NCBI GenBank assembly: GCA_028826165.1
Contig: JAPDFW010000065.1
Span: forward strand, 372,001 to 436,000
Reading direction: 5' to 3'
Length of the DNA stretch: 64,000 nt
From: Anaeramoeba ignava BMAN
Lineage: Eukaryota; Protista; Anaeramoebae
Shown here: one piece after another, positions 36,331 to 49,000 of the stretch
Numbering within the stretch: the first letter of the stretch is position 1
How the letters are laid out: every line of letters starts with the position of its first letter
Made by a program: the position numbers and the translations under genes
Notes under the pieces: generated by a model
Seen by the model: only the letters and a program-made list of their open reading frames with translations
Database searches by the model: none
Told to the model about the DNA's origin: nothing

Positions 36331-37972
36331 TTAAACAAAATATGTCTCAAATATTTTGACTTCCCATCTATTTGATGATCCAGCTAAATAAGTCCTTGAA
36401 TCATTTGAATAGAGTTTAATTTCATCACCAATTCCATAAGTATAACCAATATTTGTTACACCAGATTTTAGATTTGAATTAAAAATCAAATCAACAGGCG
36501 CTCTTCCATTTCCACCAAAACAAGGACCTTTTTTAGCATTAGAATAAAGTGCATATTGATCTTTCCCTGGAAGAATTGAAAATTGTTTAGGTTCTTTATC
36601 AGGGTTTTTAAGACTGAATAAAAAAGCTTTTGGATCTTTAGTAAATTCATTGTTTTTATTGGATTGAAATCCAACGGTTGTATATGCTCCAAAAATATAA
36701 TTTTCAGTGGTTTTAACTAAAATTAATGTTCTTCCTTTATCATTTACTTTCTCGTAAAATTCTTTATTTGAAGAATCCAAATCCTTTAATGACAATCCAA
36801 GTTTCATTTTAGTCAAAAACTCATTATCATCAACCCATTTTTGAAGTTGTTGATCTTCTTCTTCATTTTCAATAATTTCGGAACGTAAAAACATTCTTGT
36901 TGATTTCAAATTTGAGTTTTGTGCATTTTTGGCAATTTCTTGTCTTAAATTTTCTATTTCTTTCATACTTAATTGGATTTTTCCTTCTCTGTTTTCAATT
37001 TCTTTTTTTTGCTTTTCTATTTCCATTTCCTTTTTCTTAATTTCTTCTTTCTGGTTCTTGATTTTGTTCACTTTTTTTTCGTTATCATCTTTCTCTTTGT
37101 CTAAATCGTCATTTAATTTCCGAATTTCAAATTGATTTATTTTCGACATGATTTTGTAGATAATTTCATCTGGAAATTTTATAAATTTTTCTAAGCCTTT
37201 TTTGGCTTCAAATTTTGATTTGATATCTTTCACAGATGATTCTGACAAATTTTTAATCATTTCATCCATTAGATTTTCGAAATCCTTTTCATATTTGAGT
37301 TTTTCAAGTGGATTTTTTTCAATTTGATGTTGAGTCCAATTGAATAAAATTTGGATAATTTGAATGAAATATTGATTTTCTTCAATTAGTTTTTTACTTA
37401 AATCTGTAATTTGTTGTTTTGATAATTCTAAAATATCTGGATTATTTAGTATTTCTGCTGTTTTTTGCTTCTGTTCATCATCACCATCAACATCTTGGCT
37501 CTTTTTCAATTCTGAATAAATAAAATTAATGCAAGAATCTTTGAGTTTTGAAGAACTAAAATTTTCACTTTCTTGAAATATTTTGAAAACATTTGTTTCA
37601 TCAATAAATTCATCTAATTTTTTGACTATTTCTGTTAATAATGAATGAAGTTGGAAAATAGTTGAATATTTATAAATATCAAGAATATTTGAAGAATTAA
37701 ATTCAATTTCATCAGTGTAAATAAAATTTAAAATTTGCTTCATAGTTTCTGAATTAATTTGAATTTTGATTTCGTTAATGTTTTTTTCTTTTAAAGTATT
37801 GATAGAAATAAACAGATCTTCCACTTAAAATTGATTTATGCGCTTTAAAATCCTCATCTTTTGTGTGAATTGTAAAATCTGAAAAAATTTCTTTTTCAAA
37901 AATATTTCTTAAATTTTTTGTATGAATTTGTCTGCTTGCTTTTTCTAATGCAATTTGATCGTTTTTATCCAT
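36331..37972 (-). CDS. BTB-coiled coil-TLDc protein (BTB D, TLDc delta), tandem duplicate; +1 frameshift near 37795
   Basis: ORFs 37775-37972 and 36331-37824 colinear with 34142-35806; upstream flanks near-identical. Confidence 0.87.
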
Positions 37973-38156
37973 CTATTTTAATTTATAACAAATAAAAATT
38001 AATAAAAATAAAAAAAAGGAAAAATATAAATAATAAAAATAAATAAACCTTATTAAAGAAAAAATAAAAAGAAAAAAAATGAAAAAAATATTTTTCCTTT
38101 TTTTAATTAATTTTAAAAAAACAAAAAAAAAAAGAAGAATTTGAAAGAAGATTATT

Positions 38157-41100
38157 TTATAAATTATCTGTCAAAATTGAAACTAATCTTTGTCTGTCAA
38201 CAATTATAGAAAGATTATCAAAATTTTTAAGTTGAAAAAGGAAATCTAATAATTGTAATTTTTTCATTCTTTCAATTCCAGTAACTTTTTATTTTTATTT
38301 ATTTAAATTAAAATTTTTTTTCCGAATTTTTATTTTTTAAAAAATAATAAAATAAAATAAAATAATAATTTACCTGAATTTCTTGCAAGTTTATTTAAAG
38401 CTGCAAGTGAATAATCATTAATTTTTTCAAGATTTCTAAAATTAAATAATGCTGTAATTATTAATTCAATTCCTTCAAGTTCAACAATTTTTTGTGCATT
38501 TTCTTTTTATTATTTTTATTTTTTATTATTATTTTTTTGATTAAAATTTAATTTCAAAATTTTATTGATTTCAAAATTACTTGAACTTTTAGAAATATTT
38601 CCAAGTGCTCCAAGAGCATTATATTGAATTTCATGATTTCTTGAAAAATTTTTAACTGATTGTATTATTGCTTCAATTCCTTTTTTTTCTCTAATTTCAT
38701 CTAAAAATTCTAAATAAAAGTGAAAAATTTTTTTGAATTAAATTTTAGATTAAATTTTAGATTAAATTTTAGATTAAATTTTAAATTAAATTTTGGATTA
38801 AATTTTAGATTAAATTTTAAATTAAATTTTAGATTAAATTTTGAATTAAATTTTAGATTAAATTTTAAATTAAATTTTAAATTAAATTTTGGATTAAATT
38901 TTAAATTAAATTTTAAATTAAATTTTGGATTAAATTTTGGATTAAATTTTAAATTAAATTTTGGATTAAATTTTGGATTAAATTTTGGATTAAATTTTAA
39001 ATTAAATTTTAGATTAAATTTTAAATTAAATTTTGGATTTAATTTTGGATTTAAAGTTTTTACCATCACCAATCGCCATTCTTAATAAAATTCCACAACC
39101 ATTTGTTTGTAAAACATCATCATATATATATTTATTCATTATTGAAATTATTATTTCAATTCCATTTAATCTAAAAATTTCTTTTCGATTTTCTTTTTTT
39201 ATTTTATAATTTTTTAATTGAATTATTTTTTTATTAAAGAAAAAAAAAAGGATTTTAATAAAAATACCTTCATTAACTATTACAGTTAATAAAATTGAAG
39301 ATCCACGTTTTCTAATAATTTGATCATTAGGAAATTTTTTCATTGAAAGTAAAACTATTCCAATTCCAGGAATTATTAAATTTTCTATTTTTATTTTTAT
39401 TTTTAAATTTAAAATCGGAAAAAAATTTTATTAAAATCGGAAAAAAAAAATTTAATTATTTTAATTATTATTATTATTAAAAATAATACCTGATTCTGTT
39501 ATAAGATGACACAAATTATCAATATAATCGCTTTGTGTAGCTTGATCATCTGGTAAATCTTTCATTCTTTCAATACACCAATTAATCATTGATGTTTCTT
39601 GATCTTTTAATTTTAATTTTAATTTAAATTTTAATATTAATTTTAATTTTGATTTTAATTTTAATTTTAATTTTAATTTTAATTTTAATTTTAATTTTAA
39701 TTTTAATTTTAATTTTAATTTTAATTTTAATTTTAATTTTAATTTTAATTTTAATTTTAATTTTAATTTTAAATTTAATTTTAATTTTAATTTAAATTTT
39801 AATTTTAATTTTAATTTTAATTTTAATTTTTTTACTTATATTTTGAGGAATTATTTCTTCTTTTAATTTTTGTTGATTATTATTTTGATTTTGATTTTGA
39901 TTTTGATTTTGATTTTGATTTTGATTATTTTTTTCTTGTAAACTTTTTTTATATAATTCAGTTAAATTTTTAAAACTTTCTAAATCTTGATCTATTAAGA
40001 AAATTTTGAAATTGAAAAGAAAAACAAATTTGTTTTAAATTAATTAAATTTCCTTATTTAAAAATTAAATATATTTAAAAAACAAGTTTTACTTTGAGAA
40101 TCAGAGGTTATTGCTGTCATAATTTTTGAAAAATTTTTTTCTAAATCTTTTTCATTTTGATTATTTTGATTATTTTGATTATTTTGATTTTGATTTTGAT
40201 TTTGATTTTGATTTTGATTTAAATCTGGTTCTGATTCTGATTCTGGTTTTAATTCTGATGTTGAATTTGATTCTGATTTTGATTTTGATTTTGATTTTGA
40301 TTTTGATTCTGATTCTGATTTTAATTTTGATTTTGATTTATATTTAGATTTTGATTTTGATTTTGGTTTTGATTTTGATTTTGATTTTGGTTTTGAATCT
40401 TGTTTTGATTTTGATTTTGAATTTGAATTTGAATTTGATTTTGAATCTTGTTTTGATTTTGATTTTGAATTCGAATCTTGTTTTGAATCTTGTTTTGATT
40501 TTGATTCTAATTCTAATTCTGATTCTGATTTTGTTTTTGATTCTGATTTTAAATCAGAATTTGATTTTGATTTTGAATCTTGTTTTGATTTTGATTTTGA
40601 ATTTGAATTTGAATTTGATTTTGATTTTGATTTTGATTTTGAATTTGAATTCGAATCTTGTTTTGAATCTTGTTTTGATTTTGATTTTTGTTTTGATTTT
40701 TGTTTTGATTTTTGTTTTGATTTTGATTTTGATTTTAATTTTTGTTTTGAATCTTGTTTTGATTTTGAATTTGAATTTGAATTTGATTTTGATTTTGATT
40801 TTGATTTTGATTTTGAATTTGAATTCGAATCTTGTTTTGAATCTTGTTTTGATTTTGATTCTAATTCTAATTCTGATTCTGATTTTGTTTTTGATTTTGA
40901 TTTTAAATCAGAATTTGATTCTGATTCTGTGACTGTTTTTGATTCTGATTCTGTGACTGTTTTTGATTCTAATTCTGATTCTGATTCTGATTTTGTTTTT
41001 GATTTTGATTTATATTTATATTTATATTTTGATTTTGATTTTGATTTTGATTTTGATTTTGGTTTTGAATCTTGTTTTGATTTTGAATTTGAATTTGAAT

Positions 41101-41889
41101 TTGATTTTGATTTTGAATCTTGTTTTGATTTTGATTTTGAATTCGAATCTTGTTTTGAATCTTGTTTTGATTTTGAATTTAATTTTGATTTTGATTTTGA
41201 TTTTGATTTTGAATCTTGTTTTGATTTTGATTCTAATTCTAATTCTGATTCTGATTTTGATTTTGATTTTGATTTATATTTAGATTTTGATTTTGATTTT
41301 AAATCTTGTTTTGATTTTGAATTTGATTTTGAATCTTGTTTTGATTCTTTTTTTGGTTTTGATTTTAATTTTGATTTTGAATTTGATTTTGATTTTGATT
41401 TTAAATTTGATTTTGGTTTTGATTTTAAATTTGATTTTGATTTTGATTTTGATTTTGATTTTGATTTTGATTTTGATTTTGATTTTGTTTTGATTTTGGT
41501 TTTGATTTTGATTTTGATTTTGGTTTTTGATTTTGATTTTGGTTTTGATTTTGATTTTGAATTTGATTTTGAATTTGAATTTGAATTTGAATTTGAATCT
41601 TGTTTTGATTTTGATTTTGATTTTGAATTTGATTTTGATTCTGATTTTGAATTTGATTTTGGTTTTAATTTTGGTTTTGAATTTGAATCTTGTTTTGATT
41701 TTGGTTTTGGTTTTGATTTTGATTTTGATTTTGGTTTTGATTTTAATTTTGAATTTGAATCTTGTTTGAATTTGATTTTGGTTTTGGTTTTGATTTTAAT
41801 TTTGATTTTGATTTTGGTTTTGGTTTTGAATCTTGCTTTGAATTTGATTTTGATTTTGGTTTTGATTTTGATTTTGAAATATTTTGCAT
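38157..41889 (-). CDS. Armadillo-repeat protein (aardvark/LRRK2-N-like) with long low-complexity N-terminus, ~8 exons, copy 1
   Basis: Spliced exons give GIGIVLLSMKKFPNDQIIRKRGSSIL, NGIEIIISIMNKY..QTNGCGILLRMA, KGIEAIIQS..QYNALGALGNIS; GT-AG introns; N-terminal repeat frame not resolvable. Confidence 0.72.
40150..41880. repeat. Degenerate (GATTTT/GAATTT/GAATCTTGTTTT)n tract, probably coding Q/N/S/K/D on the minus strand
   Basis: Runs directly into the NQNEKDLEKNFSK exon with no acceptor; counterpart at 43950-45780. Confidence 0.8.
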
Positions 41890-42034
41890 TGATTTGATTT
41901 TTTAATTGCTAATTTAGTTTTACAATGAAATTGTTTTAAAAATGAAAAGAAAAAAAATGAAAAAAATATTTTTCCTTTTTTTTAATTAATTTTAAAAAAA
42001 CAAAAAAAAAAGAAGAATTTGAAAGAAGATTATT

Positions 42035-45000
42035 TTATAAATTATCTGTCAAAATTGAAACTAATCTTTGTCTCAGAAAAATTATTTTAGGGTTATTAAA
42101 ATTTTTAAGTTGAAAAAAGAAATCTAATAATTGTAATTTTTTCATTCTTTCAATTCCAGTAACTTTTTATTTTTTTTATTATTTATTTTAATTAAAATTT
42201 TTTTTCCGAATTTTTATTTTTTAAAAAATAATAAAATAAAATAATAATTTACCTGAATTTCTTGCAAGTTTATTTAAAGCTGCAAGTGAATAATCATTAA
42301 TTCTTTGTGAATTTCTAAAATTAAATAATGCTGTAATTATTAATTCAATTCCTTCAAGTTCAACAATTTTTTGTGCATTTTCTTATTATTTTTATTTTTA
42401 TTTTTATTTTTTTGATTAAAATTTAATTTCAAAATTTTATTGATTTCAAAATTACTTGAACTGTTAGAAAGATTTCCAAGTGCTCCAGTAACATTATATT
42501 GAATTTTCTCAACGTTTGGGAATTGTTTGGAAGATTGTATTATTGCTTCAATTCCTTTTTTTTCTCTAATTTCATCTAAAAATTCTAAATAAAAGTGAAA
42601 AATTTTTTTGAATTAAATTTTGAATTAAATTTTAAATTAAATTTTAAATTAAATTTTAGATTAAATTTTAAATTAAATTTTGAATTAAACTTTAGATTAA
42701 ATTTTAAATTAAATTTTAAATTAAATTTTAAATTAAATTTTAAATTAAATTTTAAATTAAATTTTAAATTAAATTTTAAATTAAATTTTAAATTAAATTT
42801 TAAATTAAATTTTAAATTAAATTTTAAATTAAATTTTAAATTAAATTTTAAATTAAATTTTAGATTAAATTTTAAATTAAATTTTGAATTAAATTTTAAA
42901 TTAAATTTTTAGATTAAATTTTAAATTAAATTTTAAATTAAATTTTAAATTAAATTTTAGATTAAATTTTGGATTTAAAGTTTTTACCATCATTAATTGC
43001 CATTCTTAATAAAATTCCACAACCATTTGTTTGTAAAACATCATCATATATATATTTATTCATTATTGAAATTATTATTTCAATTCCATTTAATCTAAAA
43101 ATTTCTTTTCGATTTTCTTTTTTTATTTTATAATTTTTTAATTGAATTATTTTTTTATTAAAGAAAAAAAAAAGGATTTTAATAAAAATACCTTCATTAA
43201 CTATTACAGTTAATAAAATTGAAGATCCACGTTTTCTAATAATTTGATCATTAGGAAATTTTTTCATTGAAAGTAAAACTATTCCAATTCCAGGAATTAT
43301 TAAATTTTCTATTTTTATTTTTATTTTTAAATTTAAAATCGGAAAAAAATTTTATTAAAATCGGAAAAAAAAATTTTAATTATTTTAATTATTATTATTA
43401 TTAAAAATAATACCTGATTCTGTTATAAGATGACGTAAATTATCAATATAGTCTCTTTGTGTAGCTTGATCATCTGGTAAATCTTTCATTCTTTCAATAC
43501 ACCAATTAATCATTGATGTTTCTTGATCTTTTAATTTTAATTTTAATTTTAATTTTAATTTTAATTTTTTTACTTATATTTTGAGGAATTTTTAATTTTA
43601 ATAATTTTTAATTTTTAATTTTTTTACTTATATTTTGAGGAATTATTTCTTCTTTTAATTTTTGTTGATTATTATTTTGATTATTATTTTGATTTTGATT
43701 TTGATTTTGATTTTGATTATTTTTTTCTTGTAAACTTTTTTTATATAATTCAGTTAAATTTTTAAAGCTTTCTAAATCTTGATCTATTAAGAAAATTTTG
43801 AAATTGAAAAGAAAAACAAATTTGTTTTAAATTAATTAAATTTCCTTATTTAAAAATTAAATATATTTAAAAAACAAGTTTTACTTTGAGAATCAGAGGT
43901 TATTGCTTTCATAATTTTTGAAAAATTTTTTTCTAAATCTTTTTCATTTTGATTATTTTGATTATTTTGATTTTGATTTTGATTTTGATTTTGATTTTGA
44001 TTTATATTTTGATTTTGATTTTGATTTAATTCTGATTCTGATTTTGATTCTGATTTTAATTCTGATGTTGATTCTGATCCTGAAGTTGATTCTGAATCTG
44101 AAATTGGATCTGAATCTGAAATTGATTTTGATTTTGATTTTGATTTTGAATTTGATTTTGATTTTGATTTATATTTATATTTAGATTTTGATTTTGATTT
44201 TGATTTTGATTTTGATTTTGATTTATATTTAGATTTTGATTTTGATTTTGAATTTGAATTTGATTTTGAATTTGATTTTGATTTTGATTTTGATTCTGAT
44301 TTTGGTTTTAAATTTGATTTTGATTTTGATTTTGATTTTGATTTTGATTTTGATTTTGATTTTGAATTTTGTTTTGATTTTTGTTTTAAATCTTGTTTTG
44401 AATTTGAATTTGAATTTGAATTTGAATTTTGTTTTGATTTTTGTTTTAAATTTGAATTTGATTTTGATTTTTGTTTTGAATCTTGTTTTGAATTTTGTTT
44501 TGATTTTTGTTTTGATTTTGATTTTTGTTTTAAATCTTGTTTTGAATTTGAATTTTGTTTTAAATCTTGTTTTGATTTTGAATCTTGTTTTGAATCTTGT
44601 TTTGATTTTGATTCTAATTCTAATTCTAATTCTAATTCTGATTCTGATTTTGTTTTTGATTCTGATTTTAAATCAGAATTTGATTTTGATTTTGAATCTT
44701 GTTTTGATTTTGATTTTGAATCTTGTTTTGATTTTTGTTTTGATTTTTGTTTTGATTTTGAATTTGATTTTAATTTTTGTTTTGAATTTGAATTTGATTT
44801 TGAATTTGAATTTGAATTTGATTTTGATTTTGATTTTGATTTTGAATCTTGTTTTGATTTTGAATTTGAATTTGATTTTGAATTTGAATTTGAATTTGAA
44901 TTTGATTTTGAATTTGAATTTGAATTTGATTTTGATTTTGATTTTGAATCTTGTTTTGAATCTTGTTTTGAATTTTGTTTTGATTTTGATTCTAATTCTA

Positions 45001-45787
45001 ATTCTAATTCTAATTCTGATTCTGATTTTGTTTTTGATTCTGATTTTAAATCAGAATTTGATTTTGATTTTGATTTTGATTTTGATTTTGAATTTGATTT
45101 TGAATTTGATTTTGAATTTGATTTTGAATTTGATTTTGATTTTGATTTTGATTTTGATTTTGATTTTGAATTTGAATTTGAATTTGATTTTGATTTTGAT
45201 TTTGATTTTGGTTTTGATTTTGAATTTGAATTTGATTTTGATTTTGATTTTGATTTTGATTTTGATTTTGATTTTGGTTTTGATTTTGATTTTGATTTTG
45301 ATTCTGATTTTGATTTTGATTTTGATTTTTGTTTTAAATCTTGTTTTGAATTTGAATTTGAATTTGATTTTGATTTTTGTTTTGATTTTTGTTTTAAATT
45401 TGAATTTGATTTTGATTTTTGTTTTGATTTTGTTTTTGATTCTGATTTTTGTTTTAAATTTGAATTTTGATTTTGATTTTTGTTTTAAATCTTGTTTTGA
45501 TTTTGAATTTGAATTTGATTTTGATTTTGGTTTTGATTTTGGTTTTGATTTTGAATTTGATTTTGAATTTTGTTTTGATTTTGATTTTGATTTTTGTTTT
45601 AAATCTTGTTTTGAATTTTGAATTTGAATTTTGAATTTGATTTTGAATTTGATTTTGAATTTGATTTTGATTTTGATTCTGAATTTTGTTTTAAATCTTG
45701 TTTTGATTTTGAATTTGATTTTTGTTTTAAATCTTGTTTTGATTTTGATTTTGAATTTGATTTTGATTTTTGTTTTAAATTTTGCAT
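42035..45787 (-). CDS. Armadillo-repeat protein, tandem copy 2
   Basis: Same exon/intron structure as 38157-41889; both start ATGCAAAAT. Confidence 0.72.
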
Positions 45788-45905
45788 TTTTATTTAAAAA
45801 CGGAAAAAAAAAAATGAAAAAGAAAAAAACGGAAAAAAAATATTTCTCCTTTTTGTTTTTTATTTTTATTTTTATTTTTATTTTTATTTTTATTTTTATT
45901 TTTAT

Positions 45906-45937
<32 letters not shown>

Positions 45938-46043
45938 TTTATTTTTATTTTGTTTAATTTTGATCAAAATGATCTAAAAAATGGAAAAAAAAAATTTTTT
46001 TTTGTAGATCATTTTTCTTCTTTTTTTTTCCTTTTTTAAAATT

Positions 46044-49000
46044 ATGAACTCCTTTTTAAAATTAATTTTTTTAATTGTTTTGATAAAAAAAGTTTATTTA
46101 ATTGATTCATTTAATTCAAAAACAAATGAAGAACAAGAAGAATGGATTAAAATGAAGCAAATTTCAGAAAAATTAATAGAAACTTCATTCAAAACAAAAA
46201 CAATGAATCTTTCAATTCCAATTTTAATTCCTTTAAATTTAACGATTTTTCAAATTTGTGAAACGAATCCAATTGAATTTTTCAAACCAAATATTAAAGT
46301 ATTAACAGTTTATTCAATTTTTGCAAAAAAAGAAGATTGGAATTTTTTTGCTTTTTTTGATCTTTTTGAAAATTGTTTTAGTAATTTTTTTTTTTTGAAT
46401 TTGAACTAATCAAAAAAATATGGATTAAAATTTCAAATTAAATTTTTTTTTAGAAATTGAAAATGAATTTAATCAATGTTTAAATGTTACTCAAGAAAAT
46501 AATTGTGAAGAAATTGAATCTAAAATGATATTGAAAAATTTTAGGTAAAAAAACAAAGGAATTCAAAAATAAAATAACTTTCTCATTTTTCCTTTTCATT
46601 TCAAATAAAACAAAAAGTGGAATTTCTCAAAATGTTTTGGAATTAGTTCAAAATAATCAATTAATGGATCAAAACTTGAACAAAATACTTTCAAAAAAAG
46701 AATTATTGTTATTTTATGATGAATTGATTGTTAATATAAGCAATATTCTGATTAATACAAACGATAGTGAAAATAAAACAAAACTTTATGAAAAAAATGG
46801 GATTGCTTTTGAAAAATTTGCAGAAACATCATCTTCACAATTTCAAAATATTTATAACCTTACAGAGTCATTAACACATAATATACAACCTAATAAAACA
46901 GATTTTAGTGAATTAAAATTGCAAATTTCAATGATGGAAATTGAAGCAGAAAAGAAAGAAGATATTAATAATTTAATAGAGAATTCTGAGAATATTTTGA
47001 ATATAAGTTTAAATCAAACTTTTTCAAGAAACACTATTTCTTAATATTTCAAATTCGACTGACAGTATAAAAGTCTTTAACAGAAAACCAAATTTTGGGG
47101 TTTTCAAATATTACAAATGCAACAAATTTATTATTAAATTGTTTTGATGGATCATATAATTTATCACTATCAGAATTGGAGATAATAAGTAGTACTGTTT
47201 CAAATTTATTGGCATATCATTCAGTAACATTTTATATACTTTTGATTGTGGAAGAAAGTGTATTTACTTGGACGATTGATAGAATTAATCAAAATAATTG
47301 TGATGGGAGAAATGGATCAACAAACAACACAATTTGTCAGGAGAATGAATGGGATCCAGATAGTTTTTTGCAGTGGGTTTCTCAAGAAAGATTGAAAATC
47401 TCAGATATTAATAATCATTTATCTTCAATTTCACAAACAATTTCCAATATGAATTCTTCATCAGATTTAGTTTTAAAATGTTTGAATAAGATTATCGAAG
47501 AAAGGATGATTGACTTGGAATATTTTTCAAGCTTAGCATTTGAAGAAGAGTATTTACTTAGTGATGTTAGTTTTTGTTTTCAAATCAGAAATTATTCTGA
47601 GTTAATTGATTTGGAAGTTATATTTAATCATTCTATGATAAATGGAGTTGAGTATAATAGCTATGAAAGTCTAGAAATAGGACTTGAAGTAGGAAATGTT
47701 GTGAATATTAGTGAAGAACTTCCATTTGCTTTTGATAAATACACCATTTTAGAAATTTATGATTCAGAAAATTATTCACAAAATATTCACAAAAATATTC
47801 ACAAAATTATTCACACAAATATTCAGAAAATTATACAAATCAACTTCAATTAACAGAAGAAGAATGTTATTCAACATGTTTAGCAGGAGGATATTATTGC
47901 AAAAAATATACATTTCCAATGACATACTATCAATGTGTGATTACAGAAGCAGGATATTACTCACCAGAAGGAGAATACATGGAAGCAGTTTGCATAAATG
48001 CAGGAACATCTGAAGTAGTTTACACAGAAGAAGGATGGACAAATTCAAGTTGTCCATTTCTTTGTTCAAAACCAAAATATTTTAAAACAGGAGGCCAATC
48101 CTTCGATCTAGGAATTGCCGAATGTATTGAAGCTCCAATTGGAACATACTCACCGGCTCTTGACAACAATCTTTATAATTGCACATTTCCATTTCCAAAA
48201 ACCAAGAAATTCTATATTTTTGTTTCAAATTCAGATAGTGATAATTGCACTACAAATCCCAGAATTCAAGCAATACAACCTTTTCCTTTGGATTCTTGGA
48301 TTCTTCCAAACACAAATTCATCGAATTATCTTCTTACCCTTAATTCTTCTTCTACTATTCAAATGTGGATCAATATCACTTCCAACCAAACTTGTGATCC
48401 TGTTTTTGGAAATGAGTCAGAATTCAATTTTTTTGGTGTGAATGATCTTTGGCATCTTTCTCTTGTTTCTTCAAACGATATCAACTGCACATCATATTTC
48501 AAATTTGTTGTTTATGATAATTTCTTAAATACCTCTTATCAATATTTAAGTCGAAATTGGTCTTTTTTAGATGGAAATGTTCCTCATTTTTCAATTGATC
48601 CAAAATTTGGATCGAATCTCAATCATTTCAACAAGAAATTCACTCATATTTGCATTACAACAAATGCTCAAAATGAAATTTTCATGTTTGTCGATTCAGA
48701 ATTTATTGGAAAATTTCAATTCAATTCACCAGTGATTTCAAATCAAACAGAAGAAGATTTTTTTTGGTTTATTGGAGGAAATGAACCAAGAACTAAACTC
48801 CTAAATGCGCAGCTTGATGAAATCATGATTTTTCATGAAATGATACCAACACAATTCCAGGGGTTTTTTTTCACACAAAATTATTACGAAAAAACATGTT
48901 CTCCATTAACAGAAAAAATGATTAACAAAGAGAAATGTATTTTTCAGTGTAATGTTGGTAGATTTTTTAATGGATCCAGTTGTGAATGTGATGATTCTAA

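Noticed and set aside
9460-45835. CGGA/TCCG as a regulatory motif in non-coding DNA
   Set aside because: Several occurrences are duplicated copies and positions are inconsistent (introns, spacers); cannot be distinguished from background
31608-45957. Long ORFs such as ILILIL, FDFDFD, LKLKLK (also 6066, 27718, 52779, 62178)
   Set aside because: Stop-free shadow frames of hexamer microsatellites in introns, spacers or the antisense strand
2439-47850. Pervasive frameshifts as programmed ribosomal frameshifting (Euplotes-like) or RNA editing
   Set aside because: Indels fall mostly in A/T homopolymers at different positions in each paralogue, with no shared slippery-codon-plus-stop motif, and intact paralogues exist. 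Long-read consensus error is more likely; needs short-read or RNA check.
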